A stretch of DNA of 63,542 bases, filler included, from an uncultured Methanosarcinales archaeon (GTDB lineage Archaea > Nanobdellota > Nanobdellia > Woesearchaeales > GW2011-AR9): assembly GCA_964434885.1 (NCBI GenBank). It is 3 parts of 3 records of this genome, joined end to end, with 100 filler letters (N's around TTAATTAATTAA, not from the genome) between each part and the next. Parts side by side here need not be neighbours in the genome. Positions count along the whole stretch, not along the records: positions 44,574 to 63,542 come from CAYSWQ010000014.1; 2 more parts are not named here. One strand, written 5' to 3'. The notes under the pieces were generated by a model. The model saw only the letters and a program-made list of their open reading frames with translations. It was not told the origin of the DNA and made no database searches. The translations under genes and the position numbers were made by a program. Positions 47,033 through 57,726 of the stretch are shown here, piece by piece (the stretch's first letter is position 1; each line of letters starts with the position of its first letter).

Positions 47033-48253
47033 ATGGCAGAATTAAGCTTTGAGACTTTGTCTTTTACTGAAGAGAAGGAATTAGTTAAGGTTAATTTATT
47101 GAGGCAGTTTTATTTTTATCTAGAGAAGATTGAATTGGAGAGAATTGGTGAATTTAAGCTTTTTAGAAACAGAATTGTTTTTCCAAATGTTACTCAAGAC
47201 AAAGTGGAAAAGAAGTTTGGTTTTTTATTGGAAAAAGGAATGAAGAAATTAAAAAACTCTGTTAATGATAATAAAGTTGTATATGTGCATCAAAATTCAG
47301 GCATTCCTTTAATTGGAAATGTGGCTTTTGGGTTAGTATATCGCAATACTTCATTGATTGAAATTAAACCACAGACATCATGTAATTTGAATTGTATATA
47401 TTGTTCTATCGGAGAGGGAATTCATTCAGACAAAAATGATTTTGTGGTGGAGAAAGAATATTTAGTTGAAGAGTTTAGGAAATTGGTTAAGTTTGTTGGT
47501 GAAGATGAGATAGAAGCACATATTGGCACACATGGAGAAGCTTTTTTGTATGGAGATATTATCAATTTAGTAAAAGATTTGAATAGATTGAAAGAAGTAA
47601 ATAAAATTTCTATTGATACTAATGGAACTTTACTTAATGAGAAAATTATTGAAGATTTGAGTAGGTATGAGAAAGTAGTTTTGAATATTTCTTTGAATAC
47701 TTTGAATCCGGAAACAGCAAAAACTATCTCGGGAATTAAGCATTATAATTTAGAACGAATTTTAGAATTGATAAAGTTTTGTAAGGGAAAAGTAAAAGTA
47801 TTTTTGACTCCTTTAATTGTACCTAGTTATAATGATCAAGAAATTGAAGAGTTAGTTAAATTTGCTAAAGAAAACAAATTAGGAGTGGGAATTCAGAATT
47901 TTTTGAAATATAAAACTGGTCGGAATCCAGCAAAGCCATGGGGATGGGATACGTTTTATGGTTTGTTGAAAGAATTAAGTGAGAAATATGCTATGAAATT
48001 AGTTTATGGTCCGGAGGATTTTAAGATTCGTTATACTAAAAAATTAGAGAAGCCATTTAAAACAGGAGATGTTGTTGTTGGAGAAATAGTTTGTTTTGAT
48101 CGATTTCCTGGTTCTAAGTTAGCAGTGGTTGATGGAGATTGGAAAAAAGCAAGAATGATTTCTTTGCCTAATTGTAAAATTTCTGTGGGGAAGAAAGTGA
48201 AGATTAAGATTATGCGTGATAAACACAATATTTTTATTGGAAAGTTAATTTAA
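47033..48253 (+). CDS. Radical SAM protein with C-terminal TRAM-like domain
   Basis: CNLNCIYC motif, GEA, DTNGTLL, ISLN; C-terminal GKKVKIKI.RDKHNIF.G. Confidence 0.9.
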   Translation: MAELSFETLSFTEEKELVKVNLLRQFYFYLEKIELERIGEFKLFRNRIVFPNVTQDKVEKKFGFLLEKGMKKLKNSVNDNKVVYVHQNSGIPLIGNVAFGLVYRNTSLIEIKPQTSCNLNCIYCSIGEGIHSDKNDFVVEKEYLVEEFRKLVKFVGEDEIEAHIGTHGEAFLYGDIINLVKDLNRLKEVNKISIDTNGTLLNEKIIEDLSRYEKVVLNISLNTLNPETAKTISGIKHYNLERILELIKFCKGKVKVFLTPLIVPSYNDQEIEELVKFAKENKLGVGIQNFLKYKTGRNPAKPWGWDTFYGLLKELSEKYAMKLVYGPEDFKIRYTKKLEKPFKTGDVVVGEIVCFDRFPGSKLAVVDGDWKKARMISLPNCKISVGKKVKIKIMRDKHNIFIGKLI

Positions 48254-48319
48254 TAGTTACTTTTTAAAAGTAGTAATTATTTTCAAAATATTTATATATA
48301 ACCTCCAAATTTATACTAC

Positions 48320-49114
48320 ATGAAGATTGCTGTTTTTGGTGACGTCCATGGTCGTATTGATTTAGTTTATCAATCTTGCAAGGCTTGGCAAATAAAAAAC
48401 GAAGATTTCATTGATCTGATTTTACAAGTAGGAGATTTAGGAATATACACTAATCTAAACTCAATAAATAATGGAGATCGCAAAAAAATAGCCACCAACC
48501 CAGAAGAATTGAATTTATATCACTGTCTTAGAGATATAAAAAAATATAAAGCCCTGTAAAAAAATGGTCAAAAATATGGTACTGTTAATGCTAAATTAAT
48601 TTTTGTGGATGGTAATCACGATGATCAAACATATTTAGAAAATTTAGTAAGTAAAAAACCAAATGAAGGAATTATCCCGATTAATGACTATTTGTGGTAT
48701 TTAAATAATTCCATCCCCGTTGGTCTTTATAATGAAAAAGGGTCTCGATTTAATATAGCAGGAATTGGGGGAATTGATCAAAACCATCGGGCAAAAAAAG
48801 TGGAGAAAGATCCAAGAATAGCTTTCACTGAACAAGAAGTCAATAAAGCATTAGATTGTACAAATGTAGATATTTTCTTAACTCATATGTATCCAGAATA
48901 CAATATGAATGACGGTTCAGTAGAATTAAAAGAATTGATAGAAATAATTCAACCACAATATTATTTTTTTGGACATCACCATAGATATGTCAACTTTAAG
49001 ATAGGTGAAACAGAATGTTATGGTTTAACTAAAATCCAAAATGGAAATTTAAAAGACGATGGTTCATCAATGTTAGTGTTAGAAAAAAAAGGTAAACAAA
49101 TAACAGTTTATTAA
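48320..49114 (+). pseudogene. Metallophosphoesterase interrupted by one in-frame TAA (48557-48559)
   Basis: GDVHG, VGDLG, stop, then GNHD, FLTH, GHHH in the same frame. Confidence 0.75.
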
Positions 49115-49116
49115 TT

Positions 49117-50025
49117 TCAATTTTGATAAGTAATTCTCAAATTCTTTGGTTGTATTCTAGAAACATAACCGCTTCTATTTTTGTGAACTAAAACACTATC
49201 TATTGAAATCTCAGAGACTGGTAATTGATGGGTCTGAGGGACTTCAATTTCTCCGGTTTTAAGCTCAGCACTTTCCAATGACTCAACAAAACAACTTAGA
49301 TTTGCTAAATTTTCTTCAGGAGAAATGTAAATGCCTTGTTTTTTTTGATCTTGAGTAATTCCTGAATCTAGTTGCAACCTTCGAATCCTCGATCTCCATA
49401 AATCAGCACTATTTTCCAACGTTTCCGAAGATAATTGATAACCTTGAGCACATTCTAACATTTTTACTGCCATATCTGATAATTCCGTATCTCCTACTTT
49501 NNNNNNNNNNATTATATATAATTCTTCCAAAGCCCGATTCATATCTTTTTCTACCTGTTCTAATTTATCAGTAAGTTGAATAACATATTCTAATTGTTCT
49601 TCAGTTTCAATTTCACTAGAATCTAAGATATTTTTATAGCTTTCAACAGCTATTCTAATTTGATCATAACCAAATCTCATTATATCTCTATGATGCACTT
49701 CTGATGTTTTATCCCAAAAACAACTCCAATATCCTTCAGAGTTCTGGAAATTTTTTAAAGTAGCAGTATACTGTTCTTGAATACCTTCTATAATTTCCTC
49801 ATTTAAATCATATTCTTGAACTAAATAATTTGTTAGTGCATCCATATTTAATACTACTGCCTTAGTACCAAGAATTTTCTTTCCATCTAAAGTATATTCT
49901 TTTAGTAATTCATTAAAGTTAGAACCAGATTCACTAGATGAACCACGTAGTCTTCCATCTAGGACAATCTTTTTTCCTTTTTCTCCAGGATCTGTTTGTA
50001 CAACTAATTCTAACATTTTAATCAC
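49117..50025 (-). CDS. Hypothetical protein spanning a 10-N gap
   Basis: Long ORF; frame across Ns uncertain. Confidence 0.55.
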   Translation of the reverse strand: MIKMLELVVQTDPGEKGKKIVLDGRLRGSSSESGSNFNELLKEYTLDGKKILGTKAVVLNMDALTNYLVQEYDLNEEIIEGIQEQYTATLKNFQNSEGYWSCFWDKTSEVHHRDIMRFGYDQIRIAVESYKNILDSSEIETEEQLEYVIQLTDKLEQVEKDMNRALEELYIXXXXKVGDTELSDMAVKMLECAQGYQLSSETLENSADLWRSRIRRLQLDSGITQDQKKQGIYISPEENLANLSCFVESLESAELKTGEIEVPQTHQLPVSEISIDSVLVHKNRSGYVSRIQPKNLRITYQN

Positions 50026-50167
50026 TTTATAGTAATTATTTATTATATTTTTAAACTTTTTGGTATTTTTACTACTTATATATAACTACAACATTATAGA
50101 ATGAAATTATTTGGTAATTAGAACACAAAAACGACAACTTTAAATCTAAGTTGGATTTTTTAGAAGT

Positions 50168-50677
50168 ATGGATTACTTTTCACATGGGGTTTGGAGTTAT
50201 ATTTTTTTTCATAAAACTAAGAAGCCGTGGTTGGCAGTGTTATTTGGTTTATTGCCAGATAGTACTTCCTGGTTGATATATTTCTTTTATCGTTTATTTA
50301 CTTGGGATTTACAATTTGGAAAACCAGGAATTTTTTCGGTTCCAGATTGGGTGATGACATTATATGGGTTGAGCCATAGTTTAGTTATTTGTGGGGCGGT
50401 ATTTTTGGTAGTGTATTTAGTTTTGAAGAGAATCCCAATTTATATGTATGCTTGGCCAATAGTGATTGTCATGGACATATTGACCCATACCAGGGAATTT
50501 TTACCTACTCCTTTTTTATATCCAATTAGTAGTTGGCCATTTCCAGGAATCAGTTGGGGAAATGCTTGGTTTATGTTGTTAAATTGGGGATTGATAATTG
50601 TGGTATTGAGTTACATCATTGTTAGAAAGAAATGGTATAGTAAGTTGGGAGAGAAAGGTAATAATAAAAATAATTAA
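50168..50677 (+). CDS. Membrane protein, YdjM-like hydrolase superfamily
   Basis: SH, LLPD, SHSL, MDILTH, P.LYP motifs. Confidence 0.7.
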   Translation: MDYFSHGVWSYIFFHKTKKPWLAVLFGLLPDSTSWLIYFFYRLFTWDLQFGKPGIFSVPDWVMTLYGLSHSLVICGAVFLVVYLVLKRIPIYMYAWPIVIVMDILTHTREFLPTPFLYPISSWPFPGISWGNAWFMLLNWGLIIVVLSYIIVRKKWYSKLGEKGNNKNN

Positions 50678-50679
50678 AT

Positions 50680-51195
50680 TTATTTTATAGTGATTTTTTT
50701 AATCACTACTTTGTCAATTGGTTTATCATTAACTCCTGTCTTAACGCTGCCAATTTTCTTTAAAACATCCATCCCTTTGGTTACTTTACCAAAAACAGAA
50801 TGTCTATTGTCTAACCAAGGTGTTGCAATTAAAGTAATAAAAAATTGGGAACCGCCTGTATTGGGGCCGGCATTTGCCATACTTAAAATGCCTGCAGAAT
50901 CGTGTTTTAGATCTTTATGAAATTCATCTTTGATGGTGTAACCAGGTCCACCTGTTCCAGTACCCAAAGGATCTCCTCCTTGAATCATAAAATCTTTGAT
51001 AACACGATGGAAAATTAATGTGTCGTAGAAATTTTTATTGGCTAAATCAATAAAATTCTTAGTAGTAATTGGTGCTTTTTCTGTGTATAATTCTATTTCC
51101 ATGGTTCCCATATTGGTTTCAATAACTGCAGTTTTCATATTAGAACACCCCATCAGCATAATACTGATAATTAAAATTAATATTGTGTATTTCAT
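50680..51195 (-). CDS. ppiA: Cyclophilin-type peptidyl-prolyl isomerase with lipoprotein-like signal
   Basis: [41 protein letters not shown] lipobox. Confidence 0.93.
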   Translation of the reverse strand: MKYTILILIISIMLMGCSNMKTAVIETNMGTMEIELYTEKAPITTKNFIDLANKNFYDTLIFHRVIKDFMIQGGDPLGTGTGGPGYTIKDEFHKDLKHDSAGILSMANAGPNTGGSQFFITLIATPWLDNRHSVFGKVTKGMDVLKKIGSVKTGVNDKPIDKVVIKKITIK

Positions 51196-51452
51196 GGTTA
51201 GGAAGATTGATGAATAGTATAAAAATATTTCGGATTGATTTATATTCTTAATTACAATAATAATTAAAAGCAAATTGAAAAAAATAGCAATTATGGGTGA
51301 AAGATTAGAAGTGAGAACTCAATTAACTTATTGTGGAAATCATTCTCAAACTTGTGAAGAACAAAAAGATATTTTGGAAATGAAAAAATGTAAGTATCAA
51401 CCACGTTCTCATTATTAGAAAGATTTAAAACCATCAAAAGTTTACTTTTTGT

Positions 51453-52064
51453 ATGGTGGAGTTGATAAATGTTAGTGGGGCAATAATGCCAACTAAAGAA
51501 AATCTTACTTTGGTTTTTAAACCATTGGTGATGTTTATCATTGGGATTGTAATTTATTCTGTTTTTATCTTTAAGTTTTATCGTTTTGTGGCGAAGAAAA
51601 ACATTTTTCAATTAGAATTAGGCAAGTATAAATCTGATAAATCCATATTTACTAAATTCATGGGGGGTGTTCTTTATTTTTTTGAATATATCTTATTGTT
51701 TCCAGTCTTCACTTTTTTTTGGTTTGTAGTCTTTGCTTTATTATTAAGTTTTCTTGTGAAACAACAATCTGTACAAACCCTATTGTTAATTTCAATGGCA
51801 ATTATTGCAGCTATTCGTATGTGTGCATATTATAACGAAAATTTAGCACAAGATTTAGCAAAAATGTTGCCTTTTGCATTGTTAGGTGTTTTTATTGTAG
51901 AATTAAACTTTTTTTCTCTAGGGCAACAATTAACAACTTTTAAAGAGATGATGGGATTGTGGGACCTGATGATTTATTATCTTTTATTTATTGTTTTGTT
52001 AGAAGGTTGTTTAAGAATTTTTCATGGAGTTGTTAGATTGTTTGTTAAAGAGAAAGAAGATTAA
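51453..52064 (+). CDS. Hypothetical multi-pass membrane protein
   Basis: Five hydrophobic segments. Confidence 0.75.
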   Translation: MVELINVSGAIMPTKENLTLVFKPLVMFIIGIVIYSVFIFKFYRFVAKKNIFQLELGKYKSDKSIFTKFMGGVLYFFEYILLFPVFTFFWFVVFALLLSFLVKQQSVQTLLLISMAIIAAIRMCAYYNENLAQDLAKMLPFALLGVFIVELNFFSLGQQLTTFKEMMGLWDLMIYYLLFIVLLEGCLRIFHGVVRLFVKEKED

Positions 52065-53992
52065 AGCACTTCGATTTCTTCCATTGATTTTAGAACTACT
52101 TTAGTAATACTATCCATCATGTCAACTAATCTTTCATTATCAGTTGCTTTTCTGATTTGACCAATTCGGTCTAAAATTTGTCTTAGGAAACGAATGACAT
52201 CCCCCTCTTGTAAGTTAGTATTCTTCATAATATCAAAAATGGTTTTTCCATTGTAGATTGGGTCAATCATTGCAGTTAATTGTTTTAATTTCAGAAATCT
52301 TTTTTCTTTATGTAAAAATTCACTTTTTCCAATTTTGGTTTTAAGATCAGTTATTTTTTCAGAAGGATAAAGTTGGTAAAATTGAGTTCTTTCTTTAGCT
52401 TCATAACTTAAACAAGCTAATAACATCAAAATTTGATATTCATCTAAATATTTAAAAAAATCAGTAGCAAATATTTCTCCTAGAACTATTTCATCAGCAT
52501 AAATTCTGGCAGAAAAATTTCCTTTCTTAGTTAAGGTGTTATCTTTTTCTATGTATTTCATCTTTAACAATTTCTTTCTAATATTGTTAAAAGTAAAATA
52601 AATTCTATTTTTCTTAGCTTGCTCAAAATCAACCCCATATTTTTGAAAAGTGAAAAAATTCATCTTTAAAATAATATCAATTTCTTTTTCATCGTGCTGA
52701 TCAATGAGATTTAAGACCGTGTTTACAGATAATCGGAATTGAGATTTAATTGGATCCAAATCAGCATCAGTCATTTTTTTAAGAACACCATAATCAAAAT
52801 CTCTTCGGTCTACCATAGCATAAGCAAAACCTTCTTTATCAATTCCTCTTCTTCCAGCTCGACCAGCCATCTGGAAGTATTCTTTGCTATTGAGGAAGCG
52901 AAAATTAATCCCATCAAATTTTCTTAGGCCTTCAAAACAAACTGTTTTGGCTGGCATGTTAATCCCTACAGCAAATGTTTCAGTAGTATATAGGACTTTG
53001 ATTAAACCTTGGCCAAACAATTCTTCTACTAGTTCTTTAATAATTGGTAATAATCCTGCATGATGAAAACCAATTCCAAAAGGGAGAGTTTGTCTTAAGG
53101 TTTGAGTTGATTTTAATTTTTGTATTTCGGGAGAGGCTTCAGATAATTTTTGACTCATAATGGAAGTTATTTTTGGATTTTTAGGAAATAGATTAGCTTT
53201 AGATAAAGCCAAAGCACTAGTTTGACATTTATGACGAGAAAATGTGAAAAAAAAGCAAGGGAGTTTGTCTTTGATTTCTTTAACTAAATCAATATGGTTT
53301 GGAGCTTTGACTTTTTGTCTTCGTCTTCTGCCTCTTTTTCTACCGCGATAATAATCATAATCAGGAATCTGATCAGCTTCTTTAATTTTTTTTAATTCAG
53401 TAATGCCTAATTCAGTATCATAAAAAGCTCGGTGTAAAGGAACATTTCTTTTGTGATTTTCAACTACAACAACTTCATGTTTTTTGATAGCTCTAATCCA
53501 ATCAGCGAATTCAACAGCATTAGGTATTGTAGCAGAGAGGGCAAGGAATCTTACTTTTTCTTTGGAGAAGATGATTGATTCCTCCCAAACATAACCTCTT
53601 TCAATATCATTGATATAATGAACTTCGTCAAAGATTACATAGAAGATTTGTTTAAGGAAAGGATCATCAGCTAAAACCATGTTTCTATATATCTCGGTAG
53701 TCATAATTAAAATGGGGGCTTGAGGGTTAATGACAATATCTCCTGTTAATAAGCCAATGTTTTCCTTGCCATATTCTTCTGAGAAATCTTTGAATTTTTG
53801 GTTGGAGAGAGCTTTAATTGGAGCAGTGTAAATTACTTTAGCCCCTTTTTTTAGGTATTTGTCAATAATATAATCAGCAATTAGAGTTTTTCCAGAACCA
53901 GTAGGAGCAGAAACAACAACAGAAGATCCGTTATCCACAGCTTTAATAGCTTGTTCTTGAAATGGATCTAGAGTAAATTGTTTGTATTGCAT
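52061..53992 (-). CDS. Ski2/HelY-like DEAD/DEAH RNA helicase
   Basis: APTGSGKT, PIKALSNQK, DEVH, LSATIPN, HHAGL, TETFAVGINMPA, QMAGRAGRRG, EGDVIR. Confidence 0.93.
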   Translation of the reverse strand: MQYKQFTLDPFQEQAIKAVDNGSSVVVSAPTGSGKTLIADYIIDKYLKKGAKVIYTAPIKALSNQKFKDFSEEYGKENIGLLTGDIVINPQAPILIMTTEIYRNMVLADDPFLKQIFYVIFDEVHYINDIERGYVWEESIIFSKEKVRFLALSATIPNAVEFADWIRAIKKHEVVVVENHKRNVPLHRAFYDTELGITELKKIKEADQIPDYDYYRGRKRGRRRRQKVKAPNHIDLVKEIKDKLPCFFFTFSRHKCQTSALALSKANLFPKNPKITSIMSQKLSEASPEIQKLKSTQTLRQTLPFGIGFHHAGLLPIIKELVEELFGQGLIKVLYTTETFAVGINMPAKTVCFEGLRKFDGINFRFLNSKEYFQMAGRAGRRGIDKEGFAYAMVDRRDFDYGVLKKMTDADLDPIKSQFRLSVNTVLNLIDQHDEKEIDIILKMNFFTFQKYGVDFEQAKKNRIYFTFNNIRKKLLKMKYIEKDNTLTKKGNFSARIYADEIVLGEIFATDFFKYLDEYQILMLLACLSYEAKERTQFYQLYPSEKITDLKTKIGKSEFLHKEKRFLKLKQLTAMIDPIYNGKTIFDIMKNTNLQEGDVIRFLRQILDRIGQIRKATDNERLVDMMDSITKVVLKSMEEIEVL

Positions 53993-54034
53993 GGGAGAAG
54001 GAAATTTTTGAGGTTTATATGGTTTACTGAATTA

Positions 54035-55060
54035 TCAAATTGAAAAATCATCAGAAATTGGTGGTTTTGGTATTAAATCTTGCGACATACGTTTGTATAT
54101 GGATCGAACTTCATCTGTAATGGCCTCTTGTACTTCCGGTCCTAAGTGAGTAACTTTATCTTTCTTGACAATAACCATATCAACTAAACCTCCTGAGTTG
54201 GGGTCCTGGATAATTGCGTCGGTTACCGCACCATATGCTAACCAAAAAGCGGCATTGATGTTGATTTGATCGAAACTAATCTTGGATTTGGGAAAAGCAG
54301 AATCTGGGATGTTGGGATCTTTCTCATATTTTGTATCTTCAAAATATTCTTCTACATGATCTTGTCCACTACCTAGGCAAATGTACTCTAATTCTTTGGA
54401 ACTTGGAATTGCAATTAAATTTCCAGCAACATCTACTTGAAATAAATCAATTCTTGGTTTATTAGAGGCAAGAATTAATTGAGGGGTATTTTCTTCATCA
54501 TACTCTCCTGCGAGACTGGATCTACGCGCATAGAATCTGTTGTGCAAAGCAAATTCCTCAAAATGTTTGGTACGGATTGCCTCTTGCACAGGATCATCTT
54601 TCATTTCTGTTAATTTGGCGAACACCCGATATAGAAAATTTTCTATTTCTGTCTGAGGTTTTTCTTCTCCGGAAGAATATTTAAGTAATTGTTGTTCTAA
54701 AAGTGATGTGGGGGTGTCGGTAGGGGCAATTGACTTACCTCTTTTGATGACATCTCTGGGAACAACGGCAACAGTTTCAGGTAAACTAAAGCGATCCTCT
54801 CTTTTAATCCCTGAGATAAATTTGAGGAACCCTTCATAAGTACGATGTTTGTGTAGATAACTGAAGAAACTATCTAAGTATTTGTCAGAACTACCAGAAA
54901 AAGCAATAGCCCAAGATTTTTCCTGACGATCAGTATATAATTTAAACATCCCTTTTTTCTTGGTGTGAGTATTGCCTTCATAGAAATTTAATTGTGTATC
55001 GGCGGCTAAGATTACCCCTTCTTCCCCATCATTTGTTTTTATACCCAGGATTGTGGTCAT
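54035..55060 (-). CDS. Divergent proteasome beta/HslV-like Ntn-hydrolase
   Basis: M-TTILGI...VILAADTQ, K33-equivalent FKL, AFSG, LGSG, DPNSGGLVDMVIV; large central insertion. Confidence 0.75.
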   Translation of the reverse strand: MTTILGIKTNDGEEGVILAADTQLNFYEGNTHTKKKGMFKLYTDRQEKSWAIAFSGSSDKYLDSFFSYLHKHRTYEGFLKFISGIKREDRFSLPETVAVVPRDVIKRGKSIAPTDTPTSLLEQQLLKYSSGEEKPQTEIENFLYRVFAKLTEMKDDPVQEAIRTKHFEEFALHNRFYARRSSLAGEYDEENTPQLILASNKPRIDLFQVDVAGNLIAIPSSKELEYICLGSGQDHVEEYFEDTKYEKDPNIPDSAFPKSKISFDQININAAFWLAYGAVTDAIIQDPNSGGLVDMVIVKKDKVTHLGPEVQEAITDEVRSIYKRMSQDLIPKPPISDDFSI

Positions 55061-55140
55061 AATTGTATTTTTAGTGAGTAGTTTATATTTTTTGTTATTC
55101 TATAATAGTATAATAAATAAACCACAACATTTATATATTA

Positions 55141-55162
55141 CATATGAAAATGTATTCATATG
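55141..55162. promoter_or_regulatory. ArsR-type operator candidate
   Basis: CATATGAA-AATGTA-TTCATATG inverted repeat overlapping the regulator start codon. Confidence 0.65.
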
Positions 55163-55462
55163 AGATGTAAATCATTTGATTTGTTTTTCCAGAACTTTGC
55201 TAACAAGACTAAACTAGATATTATCTTAGTTTTGAAAGATACTTCTTTGAGTGTAAATGAGATTGCCACTAAATTAGGAGAAGAACAAAGTAAGATTTCT
55301 CATAGTTTGAAAAAATTAATTCAATGTAATATTTTACGAGTAGAACAACAAGGTAAACAAAGGATTTATTCTTTGAATAAAGATACTGTTTTGCCAATGT
55401 TGAAATTAGTAGAGAAACATGTTAAAAATCATTGTCCTCAATGTACTAAGGAGTTGATATAA
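55160..55462 (+). CDS. ArsR-family transcriptional regulator
   Basis: LSVNEIA..LG.EQSKISHSL..L...GKQRIYSL; C-terminal HCPQC. Confidence 0.9.
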   Translation: MRCKSFDLFFQNFANKTKLDIILVLKDTSLSVNEIATKLGEEQSKISHSLKKLIQCNILRVEQQGKQRIYSLNKDTVLPMLKLVEKHVKNHCPQCTKELI

Positions 55463-56668
55463 ATGAGATTAAAAGAAATATATTTAGATAATGGAGCAAC
55501 AACTAAAGTTGATCCAAAAGTAATGGAAAAGATGAACAAATATGCTTTAGAGAGCTATGGTAATGCTTCATCTAATCATAGTTTTGGTCAAGATGCTAAA
55601 GAAGCTTTGGAAGAAGCTCGCAGCGTGATTGCTAAGTCTATTGGAGCTCGTGCTGAAGAAGTAATTTTTACTTCGGGAGGAACTGAATCTAATAATTTGG
55701 CTTTGAAAGGGTTAGCTTGGGCTCAAAAAACAGCTGGGACCGGTAAAAATCAAATCATTACTACTAAGATTGAACATGATTGTGTGTTGGAAAGTTGTAA
55801 GTGGTTGGAGAAACAAGGGTTTGAAATTGTGTATTTGGATGTTGATCAGAATGGATTTGTTGATCCAGCTGGATTAGAAAAAGAGATTAGTGATAAGACT
55901 TTTGTGGTTTCGATAATTCATGGGAATAATGAAATTGGAACAATTCAAAATTTAGAAGAATTGGGAGCAGTTTGTAATGAGAAAGGAGTTGTATTTCACA
56001 CAGATGCTTGTCAAAGTTATACTAAAACCGAAATCGATGTAGAAAAACAACATTTAAATTTGGTTACTTTAAATGCCCATAAGATTCATGGTCCGAAAGG
56101 AATTGGGGCTTTGTATGTTCGTAAAGACGTTAAGTTAATTCCTTGGCAACATGGTGGAGGACATGAATTTGGAAAACGATCTGGAACTGAGAATATTCCT
56201 GGAATTGTTGGTTTTGCCGAAGCAGTTAAATTGAGTAGTGGCAAACATGTTGAATATATGGCTAAATTAAGAGATAAGTTAGTAAAAGGGGTTTTAGAGA
56301 TTGAAGGAAGTAAATTGAATGGTCCAAGTGTTGATGGAAAAAGATTATGTAACAATACTAATTTTTCTTTTACTCGAATAGAAGGGGAAGCACTAGGAGG
56401 TTATTTGGATCAACATTGGATTTGTAGTTCTACTGGTTCAGCTTGTTCTTCAAAATCATTAGAAGCAAGTCATGTGTTAAAAGCAATTGGGTTATCAGAT
56501 GAACAAGCCCATGGTTCATTAAGGTTAACTTTGTCTCGCTTTAATACAGAAGAAGAAATTGATTATGCTTTGAAAATGATTCCTAAGTATGTTGAGAAGT
56601 TGAGGAAAATTTCACCATTAGGTCGGATTGTTGGAGCTGCTAAAAAATTAGTTGGGGGTTCAGAATGA
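55463..56668 (+). CDS. iscS: Cysteine desulfurase
   Basis: YLDNGATT, FTSGGTES, NNEIG, HTDA.Q, AHKIHGPKG, RSGTEN, STGSACSS. Confidence 0.96.
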   Translation: MRLKEIYLDNGATTKVDPKVMEKMNKYALESYGNASSNHSFGQDAKEALEEARSVIAKSIGARAEEVIFTSGGTESNNLALKGLAWAQKTAGTGKNQIITTKIEHDCVLESCKWLEKQGFEIVYLDVDQNGFVDPAGLEKEISDKTFVVSIIHGNNEIGTIQNLEELGAVCNEKGVVFHTDACQSYTKTEIDVEKQHLNLVTLNAHKIHGPKGIGALYVRKDVKLIPWQHGGGHEFGKRSGTENIPGIVGFAEAVKLSSGKHVEYMAKLRDKLVKGVLEIEGSKLNGPSVDGKRLCNNTNFSFTRIEGEALGGYLDQHWICSSTGSACSSKSLEASHVLKAIGLSDEQAHGSLRLTLSRFNTEEEIDYALKMIPKYVEKLRKISPLGRIVGAAKKLVGGSE

Positions 56669-57039
56669 GTTATACTCAAAAAGCAGTTGAGTATTTTAAA
56701 AATCCCAAATATGCAGGAGAGATGAAAGACTTTGATGCGGTTGGTGAAGTAGGGAATATTTCTTGTGGAGACATAATGCGGATTTATTTGAAGATTGAAA
56801 ATGGTGTGGTAAAAGATATTCGATTTTTAACTTATGGTTGTGTAGGGGCAATATCTGCTTCTGAAGCAATGTGTAGGCTTGTTGTTGGTAAGAAATTAGA
56901 TGATGCTTTAAAGGTAACTCATAAAGATATTGTTGAGGAGTTGGGTGGCTTGCCACAAATGAAAGTCCATTGTTCTGTTTTAGGTAGGGAAGCATTGCAT
57001 AAAGCAGTTGAGAATTATAGGAAAAAAGAAAAACCATAA
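56665..57039 (+). CDS. iscU: Fe-S scaffold protein
   Basis: CGD, GC, LP..KVHCS motifs. Confidence 0.95.
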   Translation: MSYTQKAVEYFKNPKYAGEMKDFDAVGEVGNISCGDIMRIYLKIENGVVKDIRFLTYGCVGAISASEAMCRLVVGKKLDDALKVTHKDIVEELGGLPQMKVHCSVLGREALHKAVENYRKKEKP

Positions 57040-57088
57040 ATTTCTTAGAAAAATTCATATAGTTCTAATCTATAACACAAGTTATAAA

Positions 57089-57394
57089 ATGAAAACAATC
57101 TATATAACTTGTAAAGATGAAAAAGAATGTAAGGAAATTAGTCGAGAATTAGTTAATGGGAGATTAGCTGCTTGTGTTAATTATTTTCCGATTGATTCTG
57201 TTTTTCGTTGGAAAGGAAAGGTTAATGAATGTTCTGAGTTTGGAATGTTGATTAAAACTAAAAATTCATTGGTTGATGAAGTTGTTGATAAAATCAAAGA
57301 ACTACATTCTTATGATGTTCCTTGTATTGAAGTGTTAGATGTTGTGGGAGGTAATTCTGACTTTTTAGATTGGGTGGAGAAAGAGACGAAATGA
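57089..57394 (+). CDS. cutA: Divalent cation tolerance protein CutA
   Basis: LAACVN, S.FRWKG, IKT, HSYDVPCI. Confidence 0.93.
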   Translation: MKTIYITCKDEKECKEISRELVNGRLAACVNYFPIDSVFRWKGKVNECSEFGMLIKTKNSLVDEVVDKIKELHSYDVPCIEVLDVVGGNSDFLDWVEKETK

Positions 57395-57726
57395 TTTTGA
57401 ATAATGGTGAATTGATTAGTCGGGAAGAGAAGTATTGTTATAATATTTTTTCTCAAGGTTTAGGATTAATGTTTTCGGGGAAGAGAAATTTGGTGATGGT
57501 GTTTGATAAGCCAAGAAAGATTAGTTTGCATAATTGCTTTGTATTTTTTCCGATTGATGTTTTGGTTTTGGATGTGGAGAAGAGAATTGTGGAGATTAAA
57601 AGAAATTTTAGGCCATTTACTTTTTGGAATTCTATTCATGAAGGAAAGTATGTGGTTGAGTTGGGTTTTAGTTCTGATTATAAAGAAGGAGATGTGTTGG
57701 AGTTTAATCATAAACTTCACTTTTAA
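57391..57726 (+). CDS. DUF192-family protein
   Basis: GLMF, H..FVFFPIDVL.LD, YVVEL. Confidence 0.8.
   Translation: MILNNGELISREEKYCYNIFSQGLGLMFSGKRNLVMVFDKPRKISLHNCFVFFPIDVLVLDVEKRIVEIKRNFRPFTFWNSIHEGKYVVELGFSSDYKEGDVLEFNHKLHF

Noticed and set aside
14336..49114. Stop-codon reassignment suggested by two in-frame stops
   Set aside because: The two cases are different codons (TAG and TAA), and all three stops terminate normal genes elsewhere in the window.
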